Assembly (NCBI GenBank): GCA_045611785.1
Contig: JAZKXV010000021.1
Location: 14,903 to 78,902, forward strand
DNA length: 64,000 bases
Origin: Alphaproteobacteria bacterium
Lineage (GTDB): Bacteria; Pseudomonadota; Alphaproteobacteria; RF32; CAG-239
Direction: 5' to 3'
Part shown: positions 48,379 through 59,600 of the stretch, in pieces
How the letters are laid out: every line of letters begins with the position of its first letter
How positions within the stretch are numbered: position 1 is the stretch's first letter
Program-made: the position numbers and the translations under genes
The notes under the pieces: model-generated
What the model was told of the DNA's origin: nothing
The model's database searches: none
What the model saw: only the letters and a program-made list of their open reading frames with translations

Positions 48379-50029
48379 TTTATTAAATAAAAATGTTATC
48401 ACGCTGGCTCTGATTTCGCTTATAACTTTAGGCGCAACCGGAACATGTGAAGCTCAGGGTGTTGTTTCTTTGGTAGAAGAAGAAAACATTGTATTGCCGC
48501 AGGATAATACCGCTGAAGATTTTAATGATTTCGGCATAGAAATAAATGCTGAAATCCCTGATACTTTGCCTGAAACAGATGAAGTGATTCCTTTTGATGA
48601 AGGAATAATTTCACCTGCTCCTGCAAAAGAATTAAAGGAAGAAACAGAACCTAAAGCTATTGAAGAAGATGTTGAAGGTGCTACTAATGAACTTCCAATA
48701 CCTGAAGCAGATGAAAATGTTGAAGATGCTGCTAATGAACTTCCAATGCCTGAGGCAGATGAAGATATTTTACCAGTTGATCAAGAAAATGATGAAGCAT
48801 TAATCCAATTTGAAGAAGATTTTGATTTAGGATTAGAAAATTCATTACCAGAAGAAATTGATGCACCTGTAGCAAATGTGCAACCAGTTGCACCAGTATC
48901 ACTCCCTGCAAGGCCTGCTGTTAAGGTAGAACAACCTCAACGTCAAGCGCAACCTCAGGCTAAAAAGAACTTGTTAGTTGTTAATCCGCTACCGGAAGCC
49001 ACACAACCTCAAGCATCTAAAGAAATTTTTGCAAATAGCGTATTGTCTAAAATAGATAACGATTTGTTTTCTCAAATGTCTGATATTGAAAAACAAACAA
49101 CATTGTTAACTTTAGAGTTAAGAAGAGAAAAAATTCGTAGCGAAATCGAAGCAATCAAAGCTCAACGCACCAGAGCTGAAGAAGAAAAAATTGCTGCCCA
49201 AGAAGCTAAAAAGAAAAAAGAATTAGAATGGGAAAAAGAACAAGAAGCAAAAATTATCAGAGAGCAACAAATTCTTAAAGATAAAGAAATTGAGCTCGAA
49301 AAAATCCGTCAAAGAAAAGTCTTAAATGCATATATGAACAAAATGCTTGAAGACAAACAAAACTGGATTAAAGAAAATGCAGAATTGGTGAAAAAAGTAA
49401 AAGAAGTTGAAGATAATAGAAATGAAATTGCTGACAATTTCAAGAAAAAATTAGAAAACCTTAACACTTTATCAAACAAAATTTTGCAAAGTGCAAATAG
49501 TGCCAAAAGTAACCACGATAGAACCGTTGCCAGCTTAACAGCTCAAAACTTACAGCTTAAAAAACGTATTGAAGCTGATGCTGCTGTTGCTCAAAGCATG
49601 CAACAAAATCCGTTTGGCCCTAACGCTAATGATAAAAACAAAGGCGTAATTTCATTTGATGGAGCAGAAGAAGAAGAGCCACAAATTGATATTACAAAAG
49701 AATATGCTATTATGGATATTATCGGAAAAGGTGAAGATTTAATGGCAAAACTTATCAATAAAGATGGTGATTCATTTGTTGCTAAGAAAGGAACAGTTTT
49801 ACAATCAGGGTACACCATTGACGAAATAACCTATTCTTACATCAGATTTAAAGGTCAAGGTACAAAACAGTACTTATATACAAATGGATTCATTGAACCG
49901 GAAAAAATTGAAAGTTCTAAACCTTTAATTTTAAGCGGTGCTAAGAAAAAATCCGGTAATGAAGGCGGAAGTTCAAAATTAGGAGATAAAAATCCTCCTT
50001 CTCTCGGAGTTGGAATGTTTGTTAAATAG
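48353..50029 (+). CDS. pilP: PilP-like protein with an acidic-repeat and coiled-coil N-terminal expansion (558 aa).
   Basis: Signal peptide. Tandem repeats ATNELPIPEADENVEDAANELPMPEADEDI. Lys/Glu coiled coil. C-terminal ...AIMDIIGKGEDLMAKLINKDGDSFVAKKGTVLQSGYTIDEITYSYIRFKG matches the PilP C-domain pattern. Confidence 0.55.
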   Translation: MKERYMYYNLLNKNVITLALISLITLGATGTCEAQGVVSLVEEENIVLPQDNTAEDFNDFGIEINAEIPDTLPETDEVIPFDEGIISPAPAKELKEETEPKAIEEDVEGATNELPIPEADENVEDAANELPMPEADEDILPVDQENDEALIQFEEDFDLGLENSLPEEIDAPVANVQPVAPVSLPARPAVKVEQPQRQAQPQAKKNLLVVNPLPEATQPQASKEIFANSVLSKIDNDLFSQMSDIEKQTTLLTLELRREKIRSEIEAIKAQRTRAEEEKIAAQEAKKKKELEWEKEQEAKIIREQQILKDKEIELEKIRQRKVLNAYMNKMLEDKQNWIKENAELVKKVKEVEDNRNEIADNFKKKLENLNTLSNKILQSANSAKSNHDRTVASLTAQNLQLKKRIEADAAVAQSMQQNPFGPNANDKNKGVISFDGAEEEEPQIDITKEYAIMDIIGKGEDLMAKLINKDGDSFVAKKGTVLQSGYTIDEITYSYIRFKGQGTKQYLYTNGFIEPEKIESSKPLILSGAKKKSGNEGGSSKLGDKNPPSLGVGMFVK

Positions 50030-50046
50030 TATTACGGCTTTATAAA

Positions 50047-51759
50047 ATGGTTGATAAATCTGAAAATAATAAACAAGAAGAGAACAACAATGTTGTCGGA
50101 TCTGCAAATAGCAAATCCGACAATGCTAATAAAGAAGAAAATAAAGAAAAAGCTTCTTATTTAGCAGAAACAGAAGTCGTTCAAACAAAAAAGAAGAACA
50201 TTCTCCAAGAGTTATTTGCAGGTGGCAATAAGCTTTTGACACTACCTGATTCAGATATCATGATTGGTGATGAAACTCGACGTTTAGTTGCACTGTTTTC
50301 AGACGGAACTTATTTGGTATCTAAAGACCACCGTTTTGATGGTCCTGTTTATAACTTTGAAAAAACCATTAAAAAAAGAAAGATACCTATTAAGGCACCA
50401 CAATATGTAAGTCTTAATGAAATTACTGCAATCTATGCTTTTGCTGAACGTGGTTCTGGTGTGATGGATGTTGACACCGAAAACAACGATCAAATGCAAA
50501 TGCAAATTGACTTTATTAACGTTATTTCTCGTGCATCAGCACAGAAGGTGTCTGATATCCACGTTATTGTTGCAGATTCTGCCGTTATTATGTTCCGTGT
50601 TAATGGTATGATGCAAAGACAAATGGAATATAATAAAGAATGGGGTGAAGCATTTGTGCGTGCTGCATTTGCATCTGCCGACATTTCAGACTCTAACTAT
50701 GCACAAAACGAATTCCAAGGTGCTCAAAAACTTGGTAAGACACCTTTACGTGGTTCTAATGGTAAATTAATGCTACCTCATAACGTATTAGCTATTCGTT
50801 TACAGTTTAACCCTATCGCATTCGGCTCTCAATATTTAGTTATGCGTTTATTGTACGCAGATGACAATCCGGACGGAAGTTCAGACTTAAGAGCTCTCGG
50901 ACTTGGTGAGCGTGAAGAAAATTTGTTTTATCGTTTAAGAGCTGTACCTGTCGGATTAAGCATTGTTGCAGGACCTACCGGTTCCGGTAAATCAACCACG
51001 TTACAAAGAAACATGATTAAATTATTACAAGAAAAGAACTATGAAATTAATTTAATCACGGTGGAAGACCCTCCAGAATACCCTATTCCTGGTGCAAGAC
51101 AAATGCCTGTGACCAACGCAAACACAGAAGAAGAAAAAGAAGCAGAATTTACAAAAGCTCTTAATGCCGCTTTGCGTTCAGACCCTGACGTAATGATGGT
51201 TGGTGAGATCCGTTCTTTATCTGCGGCTGAATTGTGCTTCAAGGGTGCCTTATCAGGTCACGGAATGTGGTCTACTTTGCACGCGAACTCTGCCCCTGCA
51301 ATTATAACTCGTTTTAGAGATATGGGTGTTCAACCTTACATGCTTGGTGACCCTGAGTTAATGAAAGGATTGATTTCACAACGTTTATTCAGAAAGCTTT
51401 GTCCTCATTGCCGTAGATCAATTAAAGAAAGATATGGCGATCCTTCTTATGAAAGATTAAAAACAGCATTAGGTGAGTTTGGTATTGAAAACACCTTCGT
51501 ACGCGGTGAAGGATGCAAATTCTGCGGATATAAAGGTTTTAGCGGACGTATGTCAGTTCCTGAAATTATATTGCCAGATGCTATGTTCTTGCAATTGATG
51601 ATTGGTGGTGACACAAAACGTGCCATTGACTATTGGACCAGTGAATTAGACGGTCGTCCGATGAAAGATGGTGCTATTGAACGTATGTTAAAAGGTAATA
51701 TTGACTTAGATGAAGTTGAACGTTGGTGCGGTTTGCTTGATCAACGTCCTGTTTACTAG
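50047..51759 (+). CDS. pilQ: GspE/PilB-family assembly ATPase (PilQ of type IVb systems).
   Basis: Walker A GPTGSGKSTT. Asp-box/Walker B ...DVMMVGEIRS.... His-box TLHANSA. Tetracysteine CPHC...CKFC. 570 aa with a low-complexity N-terminus. Confidence 0.85.
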   Translation: MVDKSENNKQEENNNVVGSANSKSDNANKEENKEKASYLAETEVVQTKKKNILQELFAGGNKLLTLPDSDIMIGDETRRLVALFSDGTYLVSKDHRFDGPVYNFEKTIKKRKIPIKAPQYVSLNEITAIYAFAERGSGVMDVDTENNDQMQMQIDFINVISRASAQKVSDIHVIVADSAVIMFRVNGMMQRQMEYNKEWGEAFVRAAFASADISDSNYAQNEFQGAQKLGKTPLRGSNGKLMLPHNVLAIRLQFNPIAFGSQYLVMRLLYADDNPDGSSDLRALGLGEREENLFYRLRAVPVGLSIVAGPTGSGKSTTLQRNMIKLLQEKNYEINLITVEDPPEYPIPGARQMPVTNANTEEEKEAEFTKALNAALRSDPDVMMVGEIRSLSAAELCFKGALSGHGMWSTLHANSAPAIITRFRDMGVQPYMLGDPELMKGLISQRLFRKLCPHCRRSIKERYGDPSYERLKTALGEFGIENTFVRGEGCKFCGYKGFSGRMSVPEIILPDAMFLQLMIGGDTKRAIDYWTSELDGRPMKDGAIERMLKGNIDLDEVERWCGLLDQRPVY

Positions 51760-51770
51760 GAGTATTTTTT

Positions 51771-52886
51771 ATGGCTAAAGAGAAAAAATCACAATTTAAC
51801 AAGGCTATGAAATCGTTAAACTCAATCGAGGTATATTATGCCAAGATGATTTGTAACTTTTCAAACGAAACCAGATTAAAAATCTTTCGTAAGTTGGCTT
51901 CCTTAATGAGAAACCGCTTCTCATTGATGGACGCATTAGATATGTTACACGATGGTATTACCAACGGTGGTAAGAACCCTAGTGAACCTATGGCTATTGC
52001 TTTAGCCAGCTGGGGAAGAGCCTTACAAAACGGTGTACCTTTTTCAGATGCGCTAAAAGGTTGGGCTCCTAACCGTGAACGACTAATGTTATCTGTTGGT
52101 GACGTGTCAGACTTAGAAAGTGCTCTCCTAAACCTTGTAAAAGTTACTGAAGGTACCACAAAAATGATTAGGCCTATTCGTAGTGCGGTTACATATCCAT
52201 CATTTTTGTTTATGATGGCAATTGTAATTGTGTACGCAATTGGTGCATACATGGTGCCACCGATGATTGATGCTGCCCCAGGAACAAGATGGGTCGGAAC
52301 AGCAAAATCTGTTGTGGACATTTCTTATTGGATTAAGGACAACTGGCTAATAGCGTTTACGGCGTTTCCATCTTTAATGCTTGTTATTTATTTAACGATT
52401 AGTATTTGGACCGGACCTATCAGAGCAATAATTGATAACGCACCACCTTGGTCATTATATAAAGTGTTTATGGGAATTACATGGTTGCTTGCTTTATCAG
52501 CTTTAGTAAAAGGTGGCGTTCCAGTATCCGTAGCTCTTCAATCTTTAAGACGAGACTCTAATGCTTATCTGAAGGAACGAATTGATAAGACCATGGTTTA
52601 CATAAAAAACGGTGATAACTTAGGTCAATCATTAATGAAAACCGGATTAAACTTTCCTGATAAAGAAATCATTTCAGACTTAAAAATTTATTCTGAATTG
52701 GATAACTTTGAAGAAGCGTTAGAAAAACTTGCAAATGACTGGTTAGAAGAATCTGTTTATATGATTGAACAAAAAGCTTCCGTTTTGAACATGTTGGCAT
52801 TGTTAGCCGTATCAGGTGTTATTGCCTGGGCCGTATTCGGCGTGTTTGAAATGCAAGAGCAAATTACAGACTCCATGGGAGGCTAA
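51771..52886 (+). CDS. pilR: GspF/PilC-family inner-membrane platform protein (PilR of type IVb systems).
   Basis: 371 aa. Polytopic with three TM segments and two GspF-type cytoplasmic repeats. Directly follows the ATPase. Confidence 0.75.
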   Translation: MAKEKKSQFNKAMKSLNSIEVYYAKMICNFSNETRLKIFRKLASLMRNRFSLMDALDMLHDGITNGGKNPSEPMAIALASWGRALQNGVPFSDALKGWAPNRERLMLSVGDVSDLESALLNLVKVTEGTTKMIRPIRSAVTYPSFLFMMAIVIVYAIGAYMVPPMIDAAPGTRWVGTAKSVVDISYWIKDNWLIAFTAFPSLMLVIYLTISIWTGPIRAIIDNAPPWSLYKVFMGITWLLALSALVKGGVPVSVALQSLRRDSNAYLKERIDKTMVYIKNGDNLGQSLMKTGLNFPDKEIISDLKIYSELDNFEEALEKLANDWLEESVYMIEQKASVLNMLALLAVSGVIAWAVFGVFEMQEQITDSMGG

Positions 52887-52891
52887 CAAGT

Positions 52892-53449
52892 ATGGAAAAA
52901 CTCCTAACTATGTTAAAAAACACACAAATATTAGCTTGCGTTGCTATCGGTTTATTACTGGTAGCGGCGCTTGCTTTTCTATTTAGCAGTTCTCCTACGA
53001 GAACTTATAGTGCTGTAGAACAAGAGTTGCTTGAACTATCAGGTAATATTCGCAACAATTATATGCAAAAACCAGATTACAGAGGTTTAAACAATCAAAA
53101 GCTTATTACAGACAATATAATACCTAATCAATTGCTCCGTAACAATAAAATTATGAGCTCAATCGGCAAAGAATATATTATCGGGCAAAATGGAAAAGGC
53201 GATGTTGTAATGCCTTCTCAACGAACTTTTATGATAACTCTTAATAACTTAAATAAAAAAGCATGCCAAGATATTGCTATGTTGCAGATTGGCAATGAAG
53301 ATACTTTAAGCTTACAAAAAGTTATTATCAACAATGCTTCTGAAACCATTGAATTTGAATGGGGAAGCACCAATTCTTTACCTATTTCTGTAAACAAAGC
53401 TAATGAAGTATGCGCAAGCAAAAACAACATCAGCTGGGTTTTTGAATAA
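52892..53449 (+). CDS. Small bitopic membrane protein (185 aa) ending the pil operon; possible PilM-like or pseudopilin-like component.
   Basis: N-terminal TM ILACVAIGLLLVAALAFLF without a prepilin cleavage motif. Cys pair in the C-terminal domain. Operon position only. Confidence 0.3.
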   Translation: MEKLLTMLKNTQILACVAIGLLLVAALAFLFSSSPTRTYSAVEQELLELSGNIRNNYMQKPDYRGLNNQKLITDNIIPNQLLRNNKIMSSIGKEYIIGQNGKGDVVMPSQRTFMITLNNLNKKACQDIAMLQIGNEDTLSLQKVIINNASETIEFEWGSTNSLPISVNKANEVCASKNNISWVFE

Positions 53450-53472
53450 ATAATATATTTAAATTCTGAAAT

Positions 53473-53508
53473 AAAAAAGGATAGAAAGTTTATTTCTATC
53501 CTTTTTTA
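53473..53508. terminator. Bidirectional rho-independent terminator (ggatagaaa-gttta-tttctatcc with A6/T6 flanks) between the pil operon and convergent tyrS.
   Basis: Perfect 9-bp stem at 53479-53501, flanked by aaaaaa and ttttttat. Confidence 0.8.
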
Positions 53509-53512
53509 TAAA

Positions 53513-54766
53513 CTATAATTTGATTAGGCCGTGTTTTTTCTTACCTTGTGAAAGTTTCACCTGTCCATCAATTATATCGTTTGTTGTTATTTGATAATTT
53601 TCATCTGCAACAACTTTATCATTTACTTTAAGTCCTGATTGTTTAATTAAACGACGAGCTTCTCCTTTTGATGCAACAAAACCTATTTGTAAGAAAGCAT
53701 CTAAAACGCTTAAACCTGCATTTAAATCAGCCTTTATAACCGGCAAATCTGCACCCGTTAAACCTTCTTCAAAAGTTTTTGTAGCGGTTTCGAGAGCTGC
53801 TTTAGCTTCGTTTTCACCTCTACATAATTTAGTAGCTTCAAAAGCTAAAATCTTTTTAGCTTCATTAATTTCTTTGTCTTGCAAAGCTTCAAGTCTTCTT
53901 ACTTCATCCATCGGTAATGTTGTATAAATTCGTAAGCACTTACCAACTTCAGCATCGCCGATGTTTCTAAAATATTGATAATAGTCATATGAAGAAAGTT
54001 TATCATCATTAATCCAAACAGCGTTTCCTTCAGACTTACCCATTTTTTTACCATTTGAATCTGTAATAATAGGGCTAGTAAATCCAAATAGCTCTACATT
54101 ATAGCGGCGACGACCCAGTTCTGTTCCTGAAGTAATATTTCCCCATTGGTCAGCACCAGCAATTTGAGAACGGCAGCCATATTTTTGGTATAACACACAA
54201 AAATCATATCCTTGTAAAAGCTGATAATTGAACTCTAAGAATGACATAGGTTGCTCACGCTCTAAACGGCTTTTAACACTATCCATTGTCAACATACGGT
54301 TAACAGAATAGCAAGTGCCAACATCACGCAAAAATTCAAGATAGTTTATATCCTTGAACCAATCCCAGTTATCGACCAAGATTGCACCATTTGCACTGTC
54401 ATCAAACCTTAAAAACTTCTTATATGAGGTTTTTAACCCTTCAATATTGTGTTTAATTGCCTCTTCAGATAAAAACGGGCGAAGTTTATCCTTGCCTGAC
54501 GGATCTCCGATACGAGCCGTTGCACCACCAACCAACATAATTGGCTTGTGTCCTAAGTTTTGAAAATGCTTAAGCATCATAATAGGAACGATATGCCCAA
54601 CGTGCAAACTGTCACCAGTAGGGTCTGAACCATAATATCCTACCGCAGGTATACCTTTTGCCTCACAATCTGCCACATATTCATCAAAACCGACTTCATT
54701 TGTGCATTGATTATAAAAACCACGTTCAACCATTATGTTAAAAAATTCAGACTTAAATTTGCTCAT
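53513..54766 (-). CDS. tyrS: Tyrosine--tRNA ligase.
   Basis: HIGH motif (LHVGHIVP), KMSKS motif (KMGKS), C-terminal S4-like domain. 417 aa. Confidence 0.95.
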   Translation of the reverse strand: MSKFKSEFFNIMVERGFYNQCTNEVGFDEYVADCEAKGIPAVGYYGSDPTGDSLHVGHIVPIMMLKHFQNLGHKPIMLVGGATARIGDPSGKDKLRPFLSEEAIKHNIEGLKTSYKKFLRFDDSANGAILVDNWDWFKDINYLEFLRDVGTCYSVNRMLTMDSVKSRLEREQPMSFLEFNYQLLQGYDFCVLYQKYGCRSQIAGADQWGNITSGTELGRRRYNVELFGFTSPIITDSNGKKMGKSEGNAVWINDDKLSSYDYYQYFRNIGDAEVGKCLRIYTTLPMDEVRRLEALQDKEINEAKKILAFEATKLCRGENEAKAALETATKTFEEGLTGADLPVIKADLNAGLSVLDAFLQIGFVASKGEARRLIKQSGLKVNDKVVADENYQITTNDIIDGQVKLSQGKKKHGLIKL

Positions 54767-54850
54767 ATTATTTTTTCCTCTATACTAAATTTTAACGCAT
54801 ATTAGCATATATTTGTAACATTGCAAGAACAGAGGTGATTTTTTTTAACA

Positions 54851-55951
54851 ATGACTATAAAACCACTTAACATACTGGGGTTAATGAGCGGAACTTCACT
54901 TGATGGCATCAAGGCAGCATTAATCTCTACTGATGGCGTCGATATATATGAAACAACATTTACAAGGCGTTATGTTTTTGATGAGCATTTACGTTTCAAA
55001 ATTCGTGCAATTTTAGGAAAAAAAAGCACTATAGAACAAGAAAAAATATTAATAGACACAGTAGAATATGATTTTACGGAATTCTTATGTAATATTATTT
55101 CTGAAATAAAATCAGAAACAGGGGTTGAAATAAACGCTATCGGCTTAGAAGGTCCTACTATATGTAACGAACCGGATAATCATTATACATATCAGTTAGG
55201 AAAAGGGAGAATCATTGCTACAAATACTGGGATTGACGTAGTTACTCACTTTCACAATGCCGATATTCTAAACGGAGGGTTAGGATATCCTATTGCAACA
55301 ACATATTACAACTCTCTTGCGCAAAACCTTGGTAAGCCGATTGCCTTTATAAACATCGGCGGAACAACAAATATAACATGGATTGGCCATTTCGGTGAAA
55401 TGATTTCTTTTGATTGCGGCCCAGGTAATGCTCTTATTGATGATTGGATGTTAAAACACGGCGGTGTTTTAATGGATTATAACGGAAAATCAGCAGCAAT
55501 GGGCAATGTTGATCATAAAATTGTAAACACTATGCTAAAACATGATTTTTTTGCTAAATATCCACCAAAAACTCTCGATAGAAACGAATTTAATAATAAA
55601 ACAGAACATTTAGAAGGTTTATCGCTTGAAGATGGGGCCGCTACCGTAACCGATTTTGTCGCTGAAGCAATTGCTTATTCTTTGGCATTTTACCTTCCAG
55701 AAGTGCCTGCACAAACCGTAATTTGTGGTGGCGGAACAAAAAACCCTACTCTTTTAAGGTTTTTAAGAAACAAATTAAAAAGCATGAATATTGCCACCTT
55801 ACCTGAAAATGAACTTGATGTTGAAATTAATGATGCTAGCGCAATTGCTTTTTTAGCTGCTCGCAGAATATATTCTTTACCAATCACGTTTCCTACCACA
55901 ACAGGTATTGCCTCTGCTATGACCGGTGGCGAAATTTATAAAAAGGAGTAA
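54851..55951 (+). CDS. anmK: Anhydro-N-acetylmuramic acid kinase.
   Basis: N-terminal LGLMSGTSLDGIKAALI signature of AnmK. 366 aa. Confidence 0.9.
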   Translation: MTIKPLNILGLMSGTSLDGIKAALISTDGVDIYETTFTRRYVFDEHLRFKIRAILGKKSTIEQEKILIDTVEYDFTEFLCNIISEIKSETGVEINAIGLEGPTICNEPDNHYTYQLGKGRIIATNTGIDVVTHFHNADILNGGLGYPIATTYYNSLAQNLGKPIAFINIGGTTNITWIGHFGEMISFDCGPGNALIDDWMLKHGGVLMDYNGKSAAMGNVDHKIVNTMLKHDFFAKYPPKTLDRNEFNNKTEHLEGLSLEDGAATVTDFVAEAIAYSLAFYLPEVPAQTVICGGGTKNPTLLRFLRNKLKSMNIATLPENELDVEINDASAIAFLAARRIYSLPITFPTTTGIASAMTGGEIYKKE

Positions 55952-56678
55952 AGCTATGACAGAAAGCATTAAGCTTGTTAACATCAACAAAACATACGAT
56001 AATATTAGCGCTGTTGAAAATTTTAATTTTATAGCAAAAAAAGGGGAAATTATTGCTTTATTGGGTCCAAATGGTGCAGGTAAATCAACTTTAATGAATA
56101 TGATTACTGGATTTTTGGCACCAACATCAGGACAAATTTTTGTTGATGGCTTAAATATTGCAGATATGGCTGAAGCGGCAAAAGAAAAAATCGGTTTTTT
56201 GCCGGAAGGATCACCATTATATCCTGATATGACTGTAAAAATGTTCTTAAAATATATGGCAAGCTTAAGAAATGTAGGAAAAGATGAAATAAATAAAGCC
56301 GTTAATTTAGCTAAAATTGAAAATGTACTAAATCAAAAAATAGAAACTCTTTCAAAAGGATATTTAAGACGTGTAGGTTTTGCACAAAGTGTACTAAGTA
56401 ATCCTGATATATTATTACTTGACGAACCTACCGATGGTTTAGACCCAAACCAAAAAAGTCACATGCGTGAACTTATAAGCAAGATGGGTAAAGATAAAAC
56501 AATCATTATTTCAACACATTTGTTAGATGAAGCCGAAACCATTTGTAATCGTATTGTTTTAATAAACAAGGGCAAAATTATGGCTGACGGAACATTTCAA
56601 GACATATTAAAGCAAACCAAAACAAAAACTTTAGAAAATGCTTTCGCAAAGTTAACCACTATGGATAATAAGGAGTAA
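55926..56678 (+). CDS. ABC transporter ATP-binding protein (GldA-like). Likely true start at MTESIKL (about 55956).
   Basis: Walker A GPNGAGKST, ABC signature LSKGYLRRV, Walker B ILLLDEPT. Confidence 0.85.
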   Translation: MAKFIKRSKAMTESIKLVNINKTYDNISAVENFNFIAKKGEIIALLGPNGAGKSTLMNMITGFLAPTSGQIFVDGLNIADMAEAAKEKIGFLPEGSPLYPDMTVKMFLKYMASLRNVGKDEINKAVNLAKIENVLNQKIETLSKGYLRRVGFAQSVLSNPDILLLDEPTDGLDPNQKSHMRELISKMGKDKTIIISTHLLDEAETICNRIVLINKGKIMADGTFQDILKQTKTKTLENAFAKLTTMDNKE

Positions 56679-56682
56679 GAAA

Positions 56683-59600
56683 GTGAACAAACTCTTCATC
56701 GTTATCAAAAATGAGCTTTTAAGATATTTTATATCTCCTTTAGCATATGTTTACTTAGTTTCATTTTTAATGTTAAATGCAGCTTGCACATTTTATTTTG
56801 GAGCCTTTTTTGAACGTGGTCAAGCTTCTCTTAATGTAATGTTTTTATATCAACCATGGCTTTTCTTACTGTTTATACCCGGCATTTCAATGCGTTTATG
56901 GGCTGAAGAATTTAAGAATAAAACTATTGTTCAAATTATGACTATGCCGGTATCCCTTGTAACACTTGTTTGGGGCAAGTTTTTTGCATCTTGGATTTTC
57001 TGCGCACTATCATTATTGTTAACATTTCCTTTTGTTATAACCGTAAACTTGTTAGGAAGTCCGGATAACGGCATAATTATCATAAGCTATTTAGGAAGCT
57101 TGGCTTTAGCCGGATGTATGCTTGCCATATCTCAAACCATGTCAGCATTAACTAAAAACCAAGTTATTGCACTAGTGTTATCCGTAATTGCCAATTTAAT
57201 ATTTTTTTGGAGTGGAATAGAATTTGTTTTATCATTCTTTAGATTATTCATGCCGGATTATATTATTGATACAATTGCCTCTTTTAGCTTTATAACCCAT
57301 TTTTCCAACATTATATCAGGACTTTTAGAATTAAGAGATGTTTTGTTTTTCACATCCATCATTGTTCTTTTTAATTTTACAACCACATTAATTGTAAGCT
57401 TCAGAACTTCCGGAACTGCTTCTTGGTTAAAATCAACCAATAAAACTTTTTATATTTTTGCATGGTTTTTATTACTGATTTGCTTTGTAGGTTTTAATTT
57501 ACTTGCAAACAATTTAACCAGAGGTACACAAATTGATTTTAGCAAAGACAAGCTTCATACCTTAAACAAAAACACTGTTTATATTTTGCAAAATTTGCCT
57601 GAACCTGTAACTGCAAAGCTATATTTTTCTGAAATTTTACAAAAAAGAAATCCGGCTATGCGACAAATGTTTGATCGCGTAAGAAAACTGTTATCTCAAT
57701 ATAAAAATCAATCTAACGGAAGATTTGATTTTAAAATTTACAATCCGCAAAACCTCGATAACATTGAAGACAGAGCAATCGCTGATGGGCTTCAACCTAT
57801 TCCATTAATAGATATAAATCAAAATGCTTTATTCGGTTTAACTCTAACCGACACTTTACAAAATAAAAATGTTATTGAATTTTTAACGCCTACAAGAGTT
57901 GCATCTTTAGAACAAGATTTAACCGAAAAAATATATCAATTATCAAATTCTAAGAAAACTGTAGCTATTTTATCATCTCTACCTATAAATGGAAAGGGTG
58001 GAAATTCTAATATGATTTTACAGCCTTGGGAAATTACCAATAAGATAAAAGATTTTTATAACATTATATACGTTCAATCTCCTCAAGATTTAGAAAAAAG
58101 ACCCGATGTGTTAATGATAGTGCATCCGCAACCTCTAGATGAAGAAATGCTAAATGCCATTAAAGAATATTCAAGAAATTATGGTAATATTTTATTGCTT
58201 TTAGATAGTGCCGCCGAAGCTACAAGATTGTACTCTTCGGTTAACTATCCTTTTGTTCCGTCAGATTTAGGAGAATTAGCTTCATTTTGGGGAATAAATT
58301 TTTATGATGAATATATCATAGCAGATTTAGATAACTCAATTACAGTTGATGCTACAACTAATTACAAAAACAATCCTGCATATACACAAGATATTCTTCA
58401 GTTTAAACTGAAAAAAGACAACTTTAATCCTCAGCATCCTATTACAAAAAATCTTAACAGCGTTTTATTATCGTCAGCTTCTTTAATTTTGCCTTTAGAA
58501 AACGCTAATATAGACTTTATTCCATTGTTACAAGCAAGTAAGGTTTCTTCTCTTATGTCTAACCAAATGGTATACAAAGGTCTTAACCCTAGAGAAGTTT
58601 TAACATATTTTGAAGCCGACAATAATCCTAAGATAATGGCTGCTGCAATTCATGGTAAAAATCCTGATAATCAGTTTAATATGGTTGCCATCGCTGATAC
58701 AGATCTTATACATAATGATTTCTGGGCCAAACCTCAAAAATTATTAGATAAAACATTAATGATTCCGTTATTTGACAATGCTGACTTTATCTTAAACAGC
58801 TTAGACTATCTTACTAACAAAAACAATTTAATGGACTTACGTGGAAAACGTGCTTCAAATAGAGAATTTAAAAATATAGAATCATTAAGAAAAATGAATA
58901 TTTTTAAATACAAATTAAAAGAAGAAGAAATATTCAAACAAATTGATAAAGTAAAAGAGCAATTGCAAGAAATTTGGGGCAAGAAAGATTTTGAAGAACG
59001 AAATAATTTTACAGCTGATGAATTAGCTATCATAAGTTCTATCAGAAAAAATCTCCATGATTTGCGTAAAGAGTTAAGCGATATCAAATTACAAGCAAAT
59101 AAAGATATTGAACTGATTGCCTTTAAAGTGAAATTTATCAATATTTTCACGCTGCCAATAATTTTGAGCTTAATATTATTTATCAACAGCTATATCAAAA
59201 GAAGAAAAATCAAAAAATCTAATTGTAAATGGATGTTTAATAAACAAATCATCAAGCTTTTAACTTTTTCTCTGTTTATATTGGCTGCAGGTTTAATTTC
59301 TGTGCACATCAGCAACCAATCTGATATACAAAAATATGAAGGAAAACCTGTGTTTGAAAACCTAAAAAATAAAATAAATTATGTTGAGAAAATTAAAATC
59401 AAAACCCATGATAACGAATTGGTCTTTACTAAAGAAGATGGTCTATGGACATTGAAGGGAAGTAAGTTACCTGTTTTTCAAGAACGCATACGCAGTTTTT
59501 TAAGCTCTTTAATCGAAGCCAGATTTTATGAAAAAAAATCTGACAAAGCAGAAAATCTAAAACGCTTTGACTTACAGCCTATTGAAACCGAAGGTTCTAA

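Noticed and set aside
51836..52321. 161-aa minus-strand ORF inside pilR.
   Set aside because: Antisense to the GspF-family platform gene, which has clear family motifs. Spurious.
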